This document shows, piece after piece, positions 19,816 through 30,900 of a DNA stretch of 64,000 nucleotides. The notes under the pieces are model-generated. The model saw nothing but the letters and a program-made list of their open reading frames with translations. It was not told where the DNA came from and searched no databases. Position numbers and translations under genes: made by a program. The stretch is from Aureliella sp. (GTDB lineage Bacteria > Planctomycetota > Planctomycetia > Pirellulales > Pirellulaceae). The stretch is from assembly GCA_963691875.1 (NCBI GenBank), contig OY829846.1:2432001-2496000 (forward strand). Reading direction: 5' to 3'. Every line of letters begins with the position of its first letter. The first letter of the stretch is position 1.

Positions 19816-21009
19816 ATGAAGTTCTGGCAGTTGGTAATGAGAAACTTGATGCGCAGGAGGTCACGTTCTGCGCTAACGCTCGTTGCACTTACAACCGCTA
19901 TAGCCTCCGTAGTTGCCTTGCTTGGCGTCGCGGACGGATTCACGCGTTCCTTTGCAGATGTCTACGCGGCTCATTCCGTTGACGTGGTGGTTTCGCGCCA
20001 GGGAAGTGCGGATCGGCTGAGCAGTGCCGTTGACCAGAAATATGTCGATAAAATCGCCAGACTCGCAGAAGTGGATCGAGCGGCAGCGGTCTTGCTCGAC
20101 ATGCTGCCCCTTGAAGAAGAAGGCATCTACGACATCCCAACCATGGGCATCGCAAGCGATTCTTGGCTCCTTGAAGATTATGAGTTTGAAGTGCCCCGCG
20201 CTGCGGCTAATGAAACTCTCGCTGCGGACGAAGATCTCGCCCCCGAAAATGGCGAAATCGAATCTGAATCGGCGCAGTCAATTCGACATCAGCTCATGCT
20301 TGGCGTTCATCTCGCAGATCGCGTTCAGGCGAAAGTGGGCGATGAAGTGCTGATTTTCGAGCAGTCATACCGAATAGCGAATGTTTATCGAAGTCCGAGC
20401 ACGTGGGAAAACGGCTCGATGCTCCTGCCACTCGGCACGCTGCAGGAACTGACGGACCGGCAAGGGCAAGCAACGTACATCAACGTCGTTTTGAATTCGG
20501 ACATGTCCGGTGATAAGGCGGAATTGGCAATTAAAAAGATACAAAGCCTCGACGGCAAATTGCTGCCGTTGGCCACCAAAGAGTTCGTCGAGAATGACAC
20601 TCGAATGCAACTCGCGGGTGGAATGGCTTGGATGACAGGCGTCATTGCTTTAGTGATCGGCACGATCGGAACGCTGAACACGATGCTGACGAGTGTCATG
20701 GAACGGACAAAGGAAATTGGCATTCTGCGTGCGATCGGTTGGACCAAATCGCGAGTGGTTCGAATGATTCTGCTCGAATCCTGTGGAATGAGCCTTTTAG
20801 CTGGCGGTCTTGGCACGCTTTTGGCAATAGGCATGACGTGGGGCCTGAGTCAAGCTCCAGCTGCGAAAGGGATGTTGAATCCCTCAATTGGAATCAACGT
20901 AATCGCACAAGGATTTTTCTTGGCGATTGGAATTGGCCTGCTGGGAGCCATCCTTCCAGCTTGGCGCGCAGCGGCTTTGCTGCCAACAGAGGCTTTTCGC
21001 GAAGGTTAG
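19816..21009 (+). CDS. ABC transporter permease, MacB/FtsX family
   Basis: RNLMRRRSRSALT, SVMERTKEIGILRAIGW, LPAWRAA. Confidence 0.92.
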   Translation: MKFWQLVMRNLMRRRSRSALTLVALTTAIASVVALLGVADGFTRSFADVYAAHSVDVVVSRQGSADRLSSAVDQKYVDKIARLAEVDRAAAVLLDMLPLEEEGIYDIPTMGIASDSWLLEDYEFEVPRAAANETLAADEDLAPENGEIESESAQSIRHQLMLGVHLADRVQAKVGDEVLIFEQSYRIANVYRSPSTWENGSMLLPLGTLQELTDRQGQATYINVVLNSDMSGDKAELAIKKIQSLDGKLLPLATKEFVENDTRMQLAGGMAWMTGVIALVIGTIGTLNTMLTSVMERTKEIGILRAIGWTKSRVVRMILLESCGMSLLAGGLGTLLAIGMTWGLSQAPAAKGMLNPSIGINVIAQGFFLAIGIGLLGAILPAWRAAALLPTEAFREG

Positions 21010-21131
21010 CGAGAGCAAAGAAAAAAGTAAGTCAAACGGACCCACCGTGTCCGCAACCAAACGGAATGGCAAGCGAACTTGCCGTCCACTGAGAAGAGAA
21101 GCCGCAAAAGACTGCGGCGAGTGAGACGATC

Positions 21132-24100
21132 ATGCAAACATCAAAGAATCCACTCCGCAAGAGCAACGCCCCAGAACCGCTTGCAATTATCGGACTCGGA
21201 TGCCGCTTTCCAGGTGCATCCAACAGCCCAGAAGCGTACTGGAAACTTTTAGACTCGGGCACCGATGCGATTTCTGAGACACCAGAGCAGCGATGGAACG
21301 TGCAGAAGTTCTATGCGGCCGATCGAACTCTACCTGGAAAAACGCAAAGCAAGTGGGGTGGTTACGTCGACGGCATCGAGTCCTTCGACCCACAGTTGTT
21401 TGGAATCTCACCTCGCGAGGCGGCCAGCATGGACCCGCAGCAACGTATGCTGCTGGAAGTTGCTTACCGAGCCATGGAAGATGCGGGACAGCCAGCAGAG
21501 AAACTCGCAGGAGAATCGGTCTCCGTCTTTGTCGGAATCTCCAGTTTCGACTACGCTGTTGCTGGCTTAAGCTTCCAGGATCGCGGAGTCATTGACGCAT
21601 ATTCCAACACCGGTGGATCGTCGAGTATCGCGGCGAATCGAATTTCGTATTGCTTTGACCTTCGCGGGCCAAGTGTCGCCGTCGATACGGCCTGCTCCTC
21701 CTCCTTGGTCGCACTGCATATGGCAGCCGAGTCAATTTGGCGAGGCGATGCTAAGATGGCGTTGACTGGAGGAGTCAACGCATTGCTGATGCCGGACTTC
21801 TACGTGGCCTTCAGCCAACTAGGTGTACTTTCTCCTGATGGTCGCTGCAAGACTTTTGACGCCCGAGCGAATGGGTATGTGCGTAGTGAGGGAGCAGGCA
21901 TGATCCTGCTCAAGCCACTCTCTGCCGCAAACCGTGACAAAGACGACATCTATGCTGTCATTCGAGCTACAGCTCTCAACCAAGATGGCCGCACACCAGG
22001 CATGACAGTACCGAGCCAGGCAGCCCAAGAATCGCTACTGCGAACCGCGTGTGCAAAAGCGAACATCGACCCTGCTCAGGTGCAATACGTAGAGGCACAC
22101 GGTACCGGCACTCCAGTTGGAGACCCAATCGAGGCACGGGCCTTGGGATCAGTGCTTGGCGAACGGCGTGATTCTCAGCAACCTTGCCGCATAGGTTCAG
22201 TAAAGACCAATATCGGGCACTTAGAAGCCGGCGCTGGCATTGCGAGTGTCATCAAAGTGGCCTTGGCATTGCACCACCGTCGCATTCCAGCTCACTTGCA
22301 CTTCGAGAATGCTAATCCCGATATTGACTTCGATGCCTTGAACTTACAAGTGCCTCGCGAGTCGCAGCAATGGGACTCTGAGGTGAGCCGCATTGCTGGA
22401 GTCAATGGATTTGGATACGGTGGTGCAAACGCACACGTAATTTTGGAGCAGGCTCCAACTAGCACGCAGGCCGCCTCGCATTCGATGGCTTCACCTCCAT
22501 CTGATGCAGAGGAAAAACCACTTACCGCACCGATCTTGTTGCCGCTGTCGGCTCGCAGTAAACCAGCATTGGTGCAGCTTGCCAGCCAGTATGCAGATTG
22601 GCTCGATAAGAACAATCAATTCCAACTGCCAGAATTGGCTGGGTATGTCGCGCATCGCAGAAGTCATCAACCGCAGCGCGCTACCGTTTGTGCGGGTAGC
22701 CGTAAAGAGTTGACCGAAGAGCTACGTGCTCTTGCCGCTTCAACGTCTGAGGAATTCGCCGAGGGATTCAGCTCAGCTCGTCTTGCTAAAGGCCCCGTGT
22801 TCGTCTGCTCAGGGCAGGGGCCCCAATGGTGGGCGATGGGACGTGGCTTACTCCGCTACTCTCCAGCGTTTCGCTCTATTATAAAGAAGTGCGATACCGA
22901 GTTCGCGAAGTACGGAGACTGGTCTTTGCTCGAAGAGCTGACACGCAGCGAAGAAGACTCGCAGATGCAGCGAACTTCGATTGCTCAGCCCAGTATCTTC
23001 GCCATCCAAGTAGCCTTGGCTGCCATTTGGGAGAGTTGGGGCGTGAAGCCCTCGGCAATCGTCGGACACAGTGTTGGCGAAATCGCAGCAGCCCACTTGA
23101 GTGGAGCGTTGTCCTGGGAAGACGCTTGCTGCGTTGCCTTTCATCGTGGGCGAACGATGGACTTGGCCTCATCTCAAGGAGCAATGCTGGCTGCCGGAAT
23201 CTCGCCTGATGAAGTACCTCAATGGATCGCAGGCTCTGAGAATGAAATTGGAATTGCTGCGATCAACGGTCCGACGTCCATTACCATTTCGGGCGAGAAA
23301 AACTCCATAGAGCAACTTGCAACGAAGCTGGACGAAGCTGGAATTTTCTGCAGACGTCTGGCCGTCGAATATGCTTTCCACAGTCCACAAATGGAACCTG
23401 TTCAGCAAGAACTCAAACGTGCGCTCGCGCATATCAAACCAAAGAAAACTCACACCTCTTTGATCTCAACTGTCACTGGTAAACTTTCCGATGGCGTTGA
23501 AGTAGACGCTGACTACTGGTGGCGAAATGTTCGCCAGGCCGTACGCTTCAGCGAAGCGATGGAGTACTTGGCGGCGGAAGATTACGGGTTGGTTGTAGAG
23601 ATTGGGCCACATCCCGTTCTTGCCTACGCAATCAACGAGTGCTTCCAAGCAGCGAACAAGTCCGTCCGATCGGTGCCCTCGCTCAGTAGACAGCAAGATG
23701 ATTTGGTCGCGATGACTAAGTCGCTAGGAAGTTTGTATTCGCTCGGCTTCGACATCGACTGGGCAGGCTTTTATAATCGACCGACACGCAAGATTTCTTT
23801 GCCGACCTATCCATTCCAGAGCCAGGAACTGTGGTCTGAATCGCTCGAATCACGGAACACACGCTTGGCCGCGAGCGTTCACCCTTTGCTCGGCGAAGGC
23901 AGCGATCGGCCAGGACAAGTTTGGCAGAGCCGATTGGACTTGAAGCTACAAAGCTATCTGGCAGATCACCGTGTTCGCGAAGCTTGTGTTTATCCAGCCG
24001 CCGCCATGTTGGAAGGCGCCATCGCGGCCTCAAGACAGATCCACGATAGCGATCAAGTGCGTCTGGAACAAGTTCAGCTGCACAAACCTTGCATCCTAGC

Positions 24101-27100
24101 CGCAGACGATCCGCATTGGATCGAAACGAGTTATGATGCAGCCCGAATGCAATTGCAACTTGCGGTTCGAAGCTGCAATGAATCCGAATGGCAATCGCTG
24201 GCAACTTTGCGACCAAGTGCAGATCGACCAGCCTCAGCGAGAATCTTAGAGGAGCAATTCTCGAAGGAACTCGACGGAATTCGTTCGCGGTGCAGCGACG
24301 CCTTTGATCGCAATCGCTTGTACGACTACTGTGCGGACCTCGGACTAAAATACGGCTCACGATTCCAGGGGATCGAGAGCGGTTTTCGCCGCGATACAGA
24401 AGCACTCTGCCAGATAAGTCTTGCAGCCGACGAGTTGCATGGCGACAACAAGGGCTACTTCCTGCATCCGGCCATGCTGGACAGCTGCTTCCACAGCATG
24501 ATTGCCGCAGACTACAACTTCGACGATGTGCTGGACGGGCTCTATCTGCCAGTTGAAATTGGCGAGTTCAATTTTTATCGCCCGGCAATTGATCGCCTGA
24601 CGGTGCATACTCGAATGCACAGCAAGTCGAAGAAGTACATGATCTGTGACTTGGACATTTATGATGAAGACGGCATGCTCTGTGCTTCGATTCGTGATTT
24701 CAAGAGCATGCGTGTCGCAGGCGGCGCCACTGTCGAAAGCACTGAAGATCTGATTTACCGCTACAGCTGGGAAGAGCAGAACCTTGAACCCGAGGACACT
24801 CAAGAACCAGGCGCGCCCAGCCGCTGGATGATCTTCATGGATGATGCAGGCTGCGGGCGCGAACTGGCAGCACGCTTGACGCAACGCGGTGGCGAGGTGC
24901 TCGAAGTCTATCGCAACGGTACTTCTGTCGCTCAGACCCAGGCTGATTTTTATCAGATTGATCCCGAGGACCTCGACTCCTTCAAGTCGACATTTCGGGA
25001 TCTCGCCGAGCAAGAGAACAGTCCCGATCACATCGTTTACCTATGGGGCCTCGATGCACCATCAGTCGATCAGCTGGATGTCGTCGACCTGGACAATAGC
25101 ACGGCGCTGACCTCCCTTGCACCGATGCACCTAGTCCAGGCTTGGGACGAACTTTCCGCCGGAACCGTCGCAAACTTTAGCATCATTACTTCCGGCGCGC
25201 AATCTCGAAACGGAACACCAGAAGACACGGCGATCTCCCAAGGCCCGTTGGTTGGCTTTGGTCGGGTGATTGTCAGCGAATATGGTCCATTTCGCAGCAA
25301 ACTTATCGATCTGCCAGCAACGCTTGCGCCGGAGGATCTAGACAATCTTCTTCGCGAGCTCATCAGTGGAGACGAGGAAGATGAAATCCTGTGGCGCGAG
25401 GGCCAACGTTTTGTGAATCGATTTGGACCTCAGGCAGGCAGTCCGGTTTCGACACTGGCAGCAGAACGACTGTCGTGCCAGTTGCGAGTCGGGCAGTCCT
25501 CGGGCGTTGAGGAACTACACTACGAAACAAAGGCCCAGTTGCCGCTTGAGGAAGGCCAAGTAGAAATTGAAGTACTTGCCTCCGGACTGAATTTCAGCGA
25601 CGTGATGAAGGCCTTGGATTTGTATCCCGGCTTGCCAGACGGCCCAGTCGAACTGGGAGCCGAATGCTCGGGACGAATCAGCCGTGCAGCAGAAGGCAGC
25701 CCATGGCAGGTCGGCGACGAAGTGCTGGCTGTCGCTCCTGGTTCATTCGCAACACATGTAGTCGTGAATGAAAGCCTAGTGGCTCGCAAACCACAAAACT
25801 TGACGCATGAACAAGCCGCTACGATTCCAATCGCATTCTTGACGGCTGACTATGCGATGAATCAGTGTGCTCACCTAAAGTCCGGCGACTCGATTCTGAT
25901 TCATTCGGCTAGCGGTGGCGTTGGCTTGGCCGCCATGCAGCTGGCGAAAATACAGGAGATAGAAGTCCTGGCGACGGCGAGCACCCATGAGAAACGCATG
26001 TTCGTCCATGAAAAAGGCGCGAAGCATGTCATGGACTCACGCTCGCTCGCATTTGCCGATGAAACGATGCAATCAACGCAAGGCGCGGGCGTCGATGCAG
26101 TGCTCAATTCCTTGCCAGGCGAAGCAATCCCCAAAGGATTGTCGACACTTAAAACCGGAGGTCGCTTCCTAGAGATCGGCAAGCGTGACATTTACACCGA
26201 TGGTTCTTTGGGACTATACCCCTTCCGCAATAACCTTGCCATGTTCGCCATAGACTTGGACCAGCTCTTCAAGCAACAGCCCAAACGCATGGGAGAAATG
26301 CTGGAGCGTTTGGTGCCGCGATTTGAAAGCGGTGAGTTGGAGCCGCTTCCAATCACCAGCTTTGCGTCTGACGACACCGTCGGCGCTTTCCGTTTCATGC
26401 AGCAGGGCAAGCATATTGGCAAAGTCGTTGTGGATTACTCCAAGCGACCGAGCGACATCCAAGTCGGCGAGTATGCACCGCTGGAGCTGGACTCTCATGC
26501 CACTTATTGGATCGCTGGCGGACTCGGAGGCTTCGGACTGCAAATTGCACGTTGGATGGTGGAGAAGGGTGCAAAGCATCTGGTGCTCAGCGGTCGTAGC
26601 AAAACGCCAAGGCCTGAGGCCGAGCCAGTTATAGCGGAGCTCCGACAAGCCGGCGTTCACATCGAGCTCTTACCAGCCGACATCACCAAGCCTGAAGACG
26701 TCGATCAAGTCCTAGAGACCATCGATGCGGAGATGCCGGTTCTCAAAGGTGTCATCCACACCGCGATGGTGCTCGAAGACAAGCTGCTAGTCGACCTTGA
26801 TCGAGAGACGCTTGAGCGCGTCCTCCGCCCGAAGGTGCTCGGCGGTTGGAATCTGCATCAGGCGACCAGGAAGCTAGACTTGGATCTATTCGTCGTCTTT
26901 TCCTCGCTATCAAGTGTGTTTGGGCATGCAGGACAGGCCAATTACTCGGCCGCGAACGCTTTCCTAGACTCGTTGGCATACCATCGTCGTGCGTCGGGAC
27001 TGCCAGCTACGGTCATGAACTGGGGACACTTGGGCGAAGTCGGCTACTTGGCCGAGCGCGAGCAGCTAGGCCAGCGTCTCGAGCGCCAAGGCGTCTTGAG

Positions 27101-27704
27101 CTTCACCGTTGATCAAGCCACCGCATGCTTGGAATACGCTCTGCAAACGGCTTCGCTGCAACTGAGTGTCCTCCGAATGGACTGGTCGCTCTGGCGAGGC
27201 TTGGGAATCACAAGTCGCGTGAGCCCACGTTTCGCACACTTGTTACAGAATGTAAGCGAAGCAGGAATCGATGCGAGCGAGAATCTGTCGGCCAGCCAAC
27301 TGCGTTCAGCCGCAGCTCAAGATCGGGTGGTGCTAGTGGGCAACATGGTTCGCTCTAAGATTGGCAGCCTACTTGGAATATCCGCAGAAAATATTGACTC
27401 GGAACGAGCACTGCTCGAAATGGGTCTCGACTCGCTGATGGCAGTTGAAATGCGAAATTGGATCGAAGGCCAGATGGAGATCAATCTTCCCATTTCCACT
27501 CTGATGCGAAGTGAGAGTCTTACTCAGGTCATCGAGGCGATATCCGAAACCATTGAAGACGGTTCGGGGCTAACCAGCGAAGTCGAGATTGAGCCAGAAA
27601 CAGTTAGTAGTACGGAGGCTGAAGCCATGTTGGAGCAGTTGCCAGACATGGCGCCAGAGCAAGTGGAAGAGCTACTCGCTCAGATGCTTCGTGACGATTC
27701 GTAG
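21132..27704 (+). CDS. Type I polyketide synthase, KS-AT-DH-ER-KR-ACP
   Basis: KS DTACSSS/HGTGT/NIGHLE; AT GHSVG, YAFHS; DH LADHRV..VYP, DSCFH; ER LIHSASGGVG; KR GGLGGFG, YSAAN; ACP GLDSLM. Confidence 0.96.
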   Translation: MQTSKNPLRKSNAPEPLAIIGLGCRFPGASNSPEAYWKLLDSGTDAISETPEQRWNVQKFYAADRTLPGKTQSKWGGYVDGIESFDPQLFGISPREAASMDPQQRMLLEVAYRAMEDAGQPAEKLAGESVSVFVGISSFDYAVAGLSFQDRGVIDAYSNTGGSSSIAANRISYCFDLRGPSVAVDTACSSSLVALHMAAESIWRGDAKMALTGGVNALLMPDFYVAFSQLGVLSPDGRCKTFDARANGYVRSEGAGMILLKPLSAANRDKDDIYAVIRATALNQDGRTPGMTVPSQAAQESLLRTACAKANIDPAQVQYVEAHGTGTPVGDPIEARALGSVLGERRDSQQPCRIGSVKTNIGHLEAGAGIASVIKVALALHHRRIPAHLHFENANPDIDFDALNLQVPRESQQWDSEVSRIAGVNGFGYGGANAHVILEQAPTSTQAASHSMASPPSDAEEKPLTAPILLPLSARSKPALVQLASQYADWLDKNNQFQLPELAGYVAHRRSHQPQRATVCAGSRKELTEELRALAASTSEEFAEGFSSARLAKGPVFVCSGQGPQWWAMGRGLLRYSPAFRSIIKKCDTEFAKYGDWSLLEELTRSEEDSQMQRTSIAQPSIFAIQVALAAIWESWGVKPSAIVGHSVGEIAAAHLSGALSWEDACCVAFHRGRTMDLASSQGAMLAAGISPDEVPQWIAGSENEIGIAAINGPTSITISGEKNSIEQLATKLDEAGIFCRRLAVEYAFHSPQMEPVQQELKRALAHIKPKKTHTSLISTVTGKLSDGVEVDADYWWRNVRQAVRFSEAMEYLAAEDYGLVVEIGPHPVLAYAINECFQAANKSVRSVPSLSRQQDDLVAMTKSLGSLYSLGFDIDWAGFYNRPTRKISLPTYPFQSQELWSESLESRNTRLAASVHPLLGEGSDRPGQVWQSRLDLKLQSYLADHRVREACVYPAAAMLEGAIAASRQIHDSDQVRLEQVQLHKPCILAADDPHWIETSYDAARMQLQLAVRSCNESEWQSLATLRPSADRPASARILEEQFSKELDGIRSRCSDAFDRNRLYDYCADLGLKYGSRFQGIESGFRRDTEALCQISLAADELHGDNKGYFLHPAMLDSCFHSMIAADYNFDDVLDGLYLPVEIGEFNFYRPAIDRLTVHTRMHSKSKKYMICDLDIYDEDGMLCASIRDFKSMRVAGGATVESTEDLIYRYSWEEQNLEPEDTQEPGAPSRWMIFMDDAGCGRELAARLTQRGGEVLEVYRNGTSVAQTQADFYQIDPEDLDSFKSTFRDLAEQENSPDHIVYLWGLDAPSVDQLDVVDLDNSTALTSLAPMHLVQAWDELSAGTVANFSIITSGAQSRNGTPEDTAISQGPLVGFGRVIVSEYGPFRSKLIDLPATLAPEDLDNLLRELISGDEEDEILWREGQRFVNRFGPQAGSPVSTLAAERLSCQLRVGQSSGVEELHYETKAQLPLEEGQVEIEVLASGLNFSDVMKALDLYPGLPDGPVELGAECSGRISRAAEGSPWQVGDEVLAVAPGSFATHVVVNESLVARKPQNLTHEQAATIPIAFLTADYAMNQCAHLKSGDSILIHSASGGVGLAAMQLAKIQEIEVLATASTHEKRMFVHEKGAKHVMDSRSLAFADETMQSTQGAGVDAVLNSLPGEAIPKGLSTLKTGGRFLEIGKRDIYTDGSLGLYPFRNNLAMFAIDLDQLFKQQPKRMGEMLERLVPRFESGELEPLPITSFASDDTVGAFRFMQQGKHIGKVVVDYSKRPSDIQVGEYAPLELDSHATYWIAGGLGGFGLQIARWMVEKGAKHLVLSGRSKTPRPEAEPVIAELRQAGVHIELLPADITKPEDVDQVLETIDAEMPVLKGVIHTAMVLEDKLLVDLDRETLERVLRPKVLGGWNLHQATRKLDLDLFVVFSSLSSVFGHAGQANYSAANAFLDSLAYHRRASGLPATVMNWGHLGEVGYLAEREQLGQRLERQGVLSFTVDQATACLEYALQTASLQLSVLRMDWSLWRGLGITSRVSPRFAHLLQNVSEAGIDASENLSASQLRSAAAQDRVVLVGNMVRSKIGSLLGISAENIDSERALLEMGLDSLMAVEMRNWIEGQMEINLPISTLMRSESLTQVIEAISETIEDGSGLTSEVEIEPETVSSTEAEAMLEQLPDMAPEQVEELLAQMLRDDS

Positions 27705-27900
27705 CATGTGAAAACTTCCGTAGGCCGTAGCGAGCGGGCGTTGTTCGGCTTAATCAGCCCAACACACCGATCGATAAAACGCACGAGGTTCCGTGAGCGG
27801 CTGGCCGTAAGGGCGGCCGGCTGGGTCGACTGTGCCAACCAGCGCCGCCCGAAGCTTCACGGGGATGCTGGCCACCAACTCTTTTCCTACCCCAGAAATT

Positions 27901-30900
27901 ATGTCTGCTGATCCCTTTTCGACTTCCTCATCGAAACCTGCATCGCTCGGCGCAATGTCGGAGGAGGAGAAGCGGCAATTGCTAGCCAAGCTGCTCGCCA
28001 AGAAGGCGCAGGAAAACAAGGTCTTTCCAATGTCGGAAGGCCAACAAGGGTTGTGGCATGCTTTCCGGCGTGATCCAAATCAGACTTCCTTCAATGTTTT
28101 TCTCCCCACACGCGTGCGGTCGGGTCTGAATCTCAACGCACTCCAAAAATCAACTGAACTGATCGCTCGACGCAACCCCTTACTTACCGCGACGTTTTCG
28201 GACTCGGGAGGGGAGTTGCTGCAAACTATTCACGAGTCACGTGTTCCCGAATTCTCCGTCATAGACATCCTCGGAGCGGACGATGCGAAGATCCAGCAAG
28301 TCGTCGGGGCAGAAACCCTTAAAGCGTTCGACTTGGAATCGGGGCCGCTCCTGCGGATGCTCCTCTATCGTGTTGGCGAAGATGACTATGTGCTGCTCGC
28401 CTTAACGCATCACATCGTCGTGGACTTTTGGTCGCTAGTGATAATTCTCGACGAAGTACGACGCGCCTACGCAGGATTCACTGCTAACGCCGAGCCAAAG
28501 TTAGATGCGGCGGTGCAGAACTTCGCGGAGTTTGTCAGAGAACAGCGAGAGCACCTAGACTCGTCGGAAGGGAAGCGACTGCAGGCACATTGGCAGCACG
28601 TCCTGGGGCAGGGTTCGCCCGTACTTGATTTACCGCTCGACCGAGTTCGCCCAACTCGCTTTACAAGTAGGGCGGCCAACTGCGCGCTCCCGCTGACACC
28701 AGAACTAGGCAGACAGGTTCAAGCGGTAGCGAAGCGCAATTCGTCGACGCCCTTTTCTGTTCTGAACGCGGCGGTTCAAGTATTTTTGTCACGTTACGGC
28801 GGCGAGCAAGAATTTTTTATAGGCAGCCCATTTTCGGGAAGAAATAGTCGCAAATATGAGAAGACGGTTGGTTTTTTTGTCAACATGCTCCCGATCCATG
28901 CGGACCTGTCAGATGCGCCAACTTTCAACGCGCTAGTTCGCCGGACTGGAAAAACATTGTTCAATGCACTGGAACACGAGAACTACCCGATTGCACGCAT
29001 GGTACAAGACGCCAAGGTTGTGCGTGATGCTAGCCGCAGCCCGGCTTTTCAGGTTTCCTGCACTTTTGAGAAAGCGCAGCTAAAGGAAGAATCAGGGCGA
29101 GCGGGTTTTCTTTTTCCCGGCGAGAAGCAAGTTTGGGATTTCGCCGGAATGCAACAAGAGAGCTTCTACATTCCTGTGCAAACCTGCCACTATGATCTCG
29201 AGTTTATCTTCGAACAGACGGATGAAACGCTGCGAGGCATGTTTTGCTATTGCCGGGATCTCTTTTCGAAAGAGTCGGTAGAGCAGTTTGCGGAGAACTT
29301 CGTTTCGCTCCTCCAGTCTTTGCTCGATCGATCTTCAGAATCGATTCGCCACGTGACCTGGGGGAACGCGGCAGCGGTGGCGAAGGGGCGGGAGGATAAG
29401 CCGTCTGAGTTACAAAACCGAATTGGTCGCGTCGAACACTTGATTGGCAATGTGGTCGAGCGACAAGCTGACTCGACGGCAATCAGCTTTCAGAACACGA
29501 CCTGGACGTACCGCGAGTTCGCTTCGCTTGCCAGAGAAATAACTAAACATGCTGGCTTACCAGAGTCTTCCCATCCTCGCGACACCCTCATCCCAATATA
29601 CGCTCGTCGCACACCAACAGTATGGGCTTCCATGTTCGCACTACATCAAGCAGGATATGCATTTGTGCCGATCGATGCCGGGCAACCAGGAGTCGATCTT
29701 CGCGAGGTGATGGAGCAAACGAAGGCTTCTTTCGCTTTAATTGCTCCCGAATACGAAGCGGAATTTGCCGCAGATAGTTTTGCAACTCGTCCACTCCTCG
29801 ACGCTGCCTCATCCGATCTGCCAGAGGAGACTAGAGTAGCCTCGCCGGTCAGCAGTAGAGGTGACGAACTCGCCTACGCAGTCTTCACTTCTGGCTCGAC
29901 AGGTAAGCCTAAGGGAGTGATGGTCGACCAACAGGCGGTTTGCAATACTTTGCACTGGCGGATGACCGATATACCCTTGAAGCCAACAGATCGTGTGCTG
30001 ATGTTACTGTCGCATCAGTTTGATGCGGGACTTGGAATCGCTTGGACAACGCTGACCCAAGGCGCCACTCTCGTTATGGCAGACGAAGAAACTTTGCAAG
30101 ATCCACAAGCGATCATCGAGCTGATTATCCGCGAAAGAATCAACGTCATCCCTGCTCCGCCGAGCCTGCTGAGCTTGATTGTTTCGCATCCCAAGTTTCG
30201 GGATTGCGCTGCAAACTTAAAGTACTTGTGGACCGGCGGCGAAGCGATGTCGCCCGACTTTCCAGAGCTAGTAAGGAGTCGCTGCAACGCAAGACTCTTC
30301 AACTTCTATGGACCGACCGAAGCTGCCATTGAAGCGACATATTGCGATGTGACTGACCACGACAAGCAGATGCCAGTTCCGCTTGGCCATACGATTGACA
30401 ATGCAGAAATCGTGATTGTCGACGAGCAGCAACATTTACTACCATCCACTGTTCCAGGCGAGATAGCCATTGGCGGCGCTGGGCTCGCACGCGGCTACTT
30501 GGGCGATGCAGAACTCACCGAGTCGCGATTCATCCCCCATCCCGCCGACGCAACTAAGCGATTGTACCTAACGGGCGATCGTGGTCGAATCAACTCCTCC
30601 GGACAAGTTGAGTTCTTTGGACGTACTGATCATCAAGTCAAACTGCAAGGGTACCGCATCGAACTGGGAGAGATTGAGGCGGCCATTGAATCACACTTAG
30701 GCGTGGATCGGGCGGCGGTGAAGATCGTCGACGCCGGCAGTCCAAACGCTAAGCTTGTCGCGTTTGCTTCGCCTCTTTCGGAAAAGTCGACAAGTGAGAA
30801 AGATCAATTGCGAACTGAGCTCCGCAGTTATCTTTCAGATCGCTTGCCTAGATACAAGATCCCTGCGGCTCTCATGATGCTCGACTCGCTGCCTGAGACT

